Source: Candidatus Zixiibacteriota bacterium
Lineage (GTDB): Bacteria > Zixibacteria > MSB-5A5 > GN15 > FEB-12
Assembly: GCA_041742355.1 (NCBI GenBank)
Contig: JBGSIV010000270.1
Span: forward strand, 1-16,551
Direction of reading: 5' to 3'
DNA length: 16,551 nt
This document shows positions 15,255-16,551 of this stretch, piece after piece; positions within the stretch are counted from its first letter, which is position 1, and each line of letters opens with the position of its first letter. Below the pieces are notes generated by a model. That model worked only from the letters and a program-made list of their open reading frames with translations. It did not search any database and was not told where the DNA came from. Both the position numbers and the translations under genes were made by a program.

Positions 15255-16551
15255 TGTACGCTATCATGACATAGTATACATGTTCTTTCAAGACATGGTA
15301 TACAGGTTGGCTATCTTGGGTTACTTACAGAGGAGCCAGGATATGCCGTTTAGGACAGCGACCATGCGTGATGAACGAATCAGTTTTGTCATTCAGGCCA
15401 GTCAGGCCGGGGCGAACAAGAGTCAGCTGTGCCGGACGTTCGGGATCACTCGGCGGACCGGGGACAAATGGCTGAAGCGGTACCAGGCGGCGGAGAGCCT
15501 GGCCGGGGTCGAGGAAGCATCGCGGCGTCCGCACATGAGCCCGACGCAGAGTTCACCGGAGTTGGTGCAGCAGATTGTGCAGTTGCGCCTTCAACACGAC
15601 TGGGGGGCGCGCAAGCTGCTGTGGCTGTTGTCGCAGGCAGGCGTTCCTCTGTTGCCTTCAGAGAGCACCGTCAATCGGATTCTCAAGCGGGAAGGGTTGG
15701 TAGCGACCGCCACGCGGGATCCGATCGCGACCCGGCGGTTTGAGCGGGCACAGTGCAATGAGCTGTGGCAGATGGACTTCAAAGGGCCATACCCGTTCAG
15801 GGAGCAGTGGTGCCACCCGCTGACCGTCGAGGACGACCACAGCCGCTTTCTTTTGAGCCTGACGGCCCTGCCGGACCAGACCACGGCCGAGGTGCAAGTG
15901 GCGCTGGTGGCGACCTTTGAACGCTACGGTGTGCCGGAGGGAATGCTCATGGATCACGGCACACCCTGGTGGTCCAACAGCAACGAGCACGGGCTGACCC
16001 GGCTCGGGGTGTTTCTGATCAACCAGCGGATTCGGCTGCTGTTTGGGCGGGTACGCCATCCGCAGACGCAGGGGAAAGTCGAGCGGCTGCATCGGACGCT
16101 GCAGGCGAAGATGCGCAAGACGGCACGGCTCCAGTCGCTGTCGGACTACCAGGCCCGGTTCGACTGGTTCCGGCAGGAATACAACGAGGTGCGGCCCCAC
16201 GAGTCGCTGGCGATGGCATGCCCGACCAGCCGCTTCGTCCCAAGCAGGAGGGGCTACCGGGCGCATCCGCCGGCCTGGGAGTATCCGACAGGAGCCGTGG
16301 TGGTGACGCTCAACAGTCAAGGGTTTGTCCCGGTCGGCGGGCGACGCTACTTCGTTAGCGAAGCATTAGCCGGGCAGCGGGTGCAACTGGAACACCTGGA
16401 CGACAAGCTGGCGGTTCGCTACCGGCACATGTACGTCCGTGAGATCGACTTGACGACCCACCGGTCGGTGACCCTCTTGGTCCCGGCTGATCAACCAAGG
16501 ATGTATACCATGTCCTGACACACAGTGTATACTATGTCTTGACACCGTACA
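15255..16551 (+). mobile_element. Complete IS481-family insertion sequence, 1297 bp
   Basis: TGTACG...CGTACA termini. 50-bp imperfect inverted repeats at 15255-15304 and 16502-16551 (41/50 match by manual alignment). Single DDE transposase. Confidence 0.95.
15343..16518 (+). CDS. IS481-family DDE transposase (391 aa)
   Basis: N-terminal HTH 'LCRTFGITRRTGDKWLKRY', 'WGARKL', DDE core 'WQMDFKG', 'MDHG', 'PQTQGKVERLH', 'YNEVRPHESL'. RBS GAGGAG precedes ATG 15343. The ORF-track start at 15199 lies outside the IS. Confidence 0.95.
   Translation: MPFRTATMRDERISFVIQASQAGANKSQLCRTFGITRRTGDKWLKRYQAAESLAGVEEASRRPHMSPTQSSPELVQQIVQLRLQHDWGARKLLWLLSQAGVPLLPSESTVNRILKREGLVATATRDPIATRRFERAQCNELWQMDFKGPYPFREQWCHPLTVEDDHSRFLLSLTALPDQTTAEVQVALVATFERYGVPEGMLMDHGTPWWSNSNEHGLTRLGVFLINQRIRLLFGRVRHPQTQGKVERLHRTLQAKMRKTARLQSLSDYQARFDWFRQEYNEVRPHESLAMACPTSRFVPSRRGYRAHPPAWEYPTGAVVVTLNSQGFVPVGGRRYFVSEALAGQRVQLEHLDDKLAVRYRHMYVREIDLTTHRSVTLLVPADQPRMYTMS

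Noticed and set aside
1..16551. Plasmid or phage interpretation of the terminal redundancy
   Set aside because: No rep, par, integrase, capsid or terminase genes. The redundancy coincides exactly with a multicopy IS end.

Overview
GC-rich bacterial chromosomal segment. The protein styles (C-terminal 'ELSQNFPNPFNP' sorting/FlgD-Ig tail, 'SFQGRLTD' fibre protein) suggest an FCB-group/Zixibacteria-like organism, which is inference only. The window is bracketed by an IS481-family element: a full 1297-bp copy at 15255-16551, whose last 140 nt recur exactly at 1-140. Genes: a GNAT acetyltransferase, a large secreted CLCA-like Zn-metalloprotease, a lipoprotein, a split RsmF-like m5C RNA methyltransferase plus PUA-type partner, an Fe-S-cluster-less MutY-like glycosylase, a heterodimeric ABC exporter, and a secreted fibre-like repeat protein. 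The most notable signals are non-coding. (1) A leader-peptide/antiterminator/terminator attenuator sits ahead of the ABC exporter. (2) Intergenic clusters carry GTAG-led REP-like hairpins with different stems but a shared architecture and orientation. (3) Both IS481 junctions fall in the loops of such hairpins, suggesting REP-targeted insertion.
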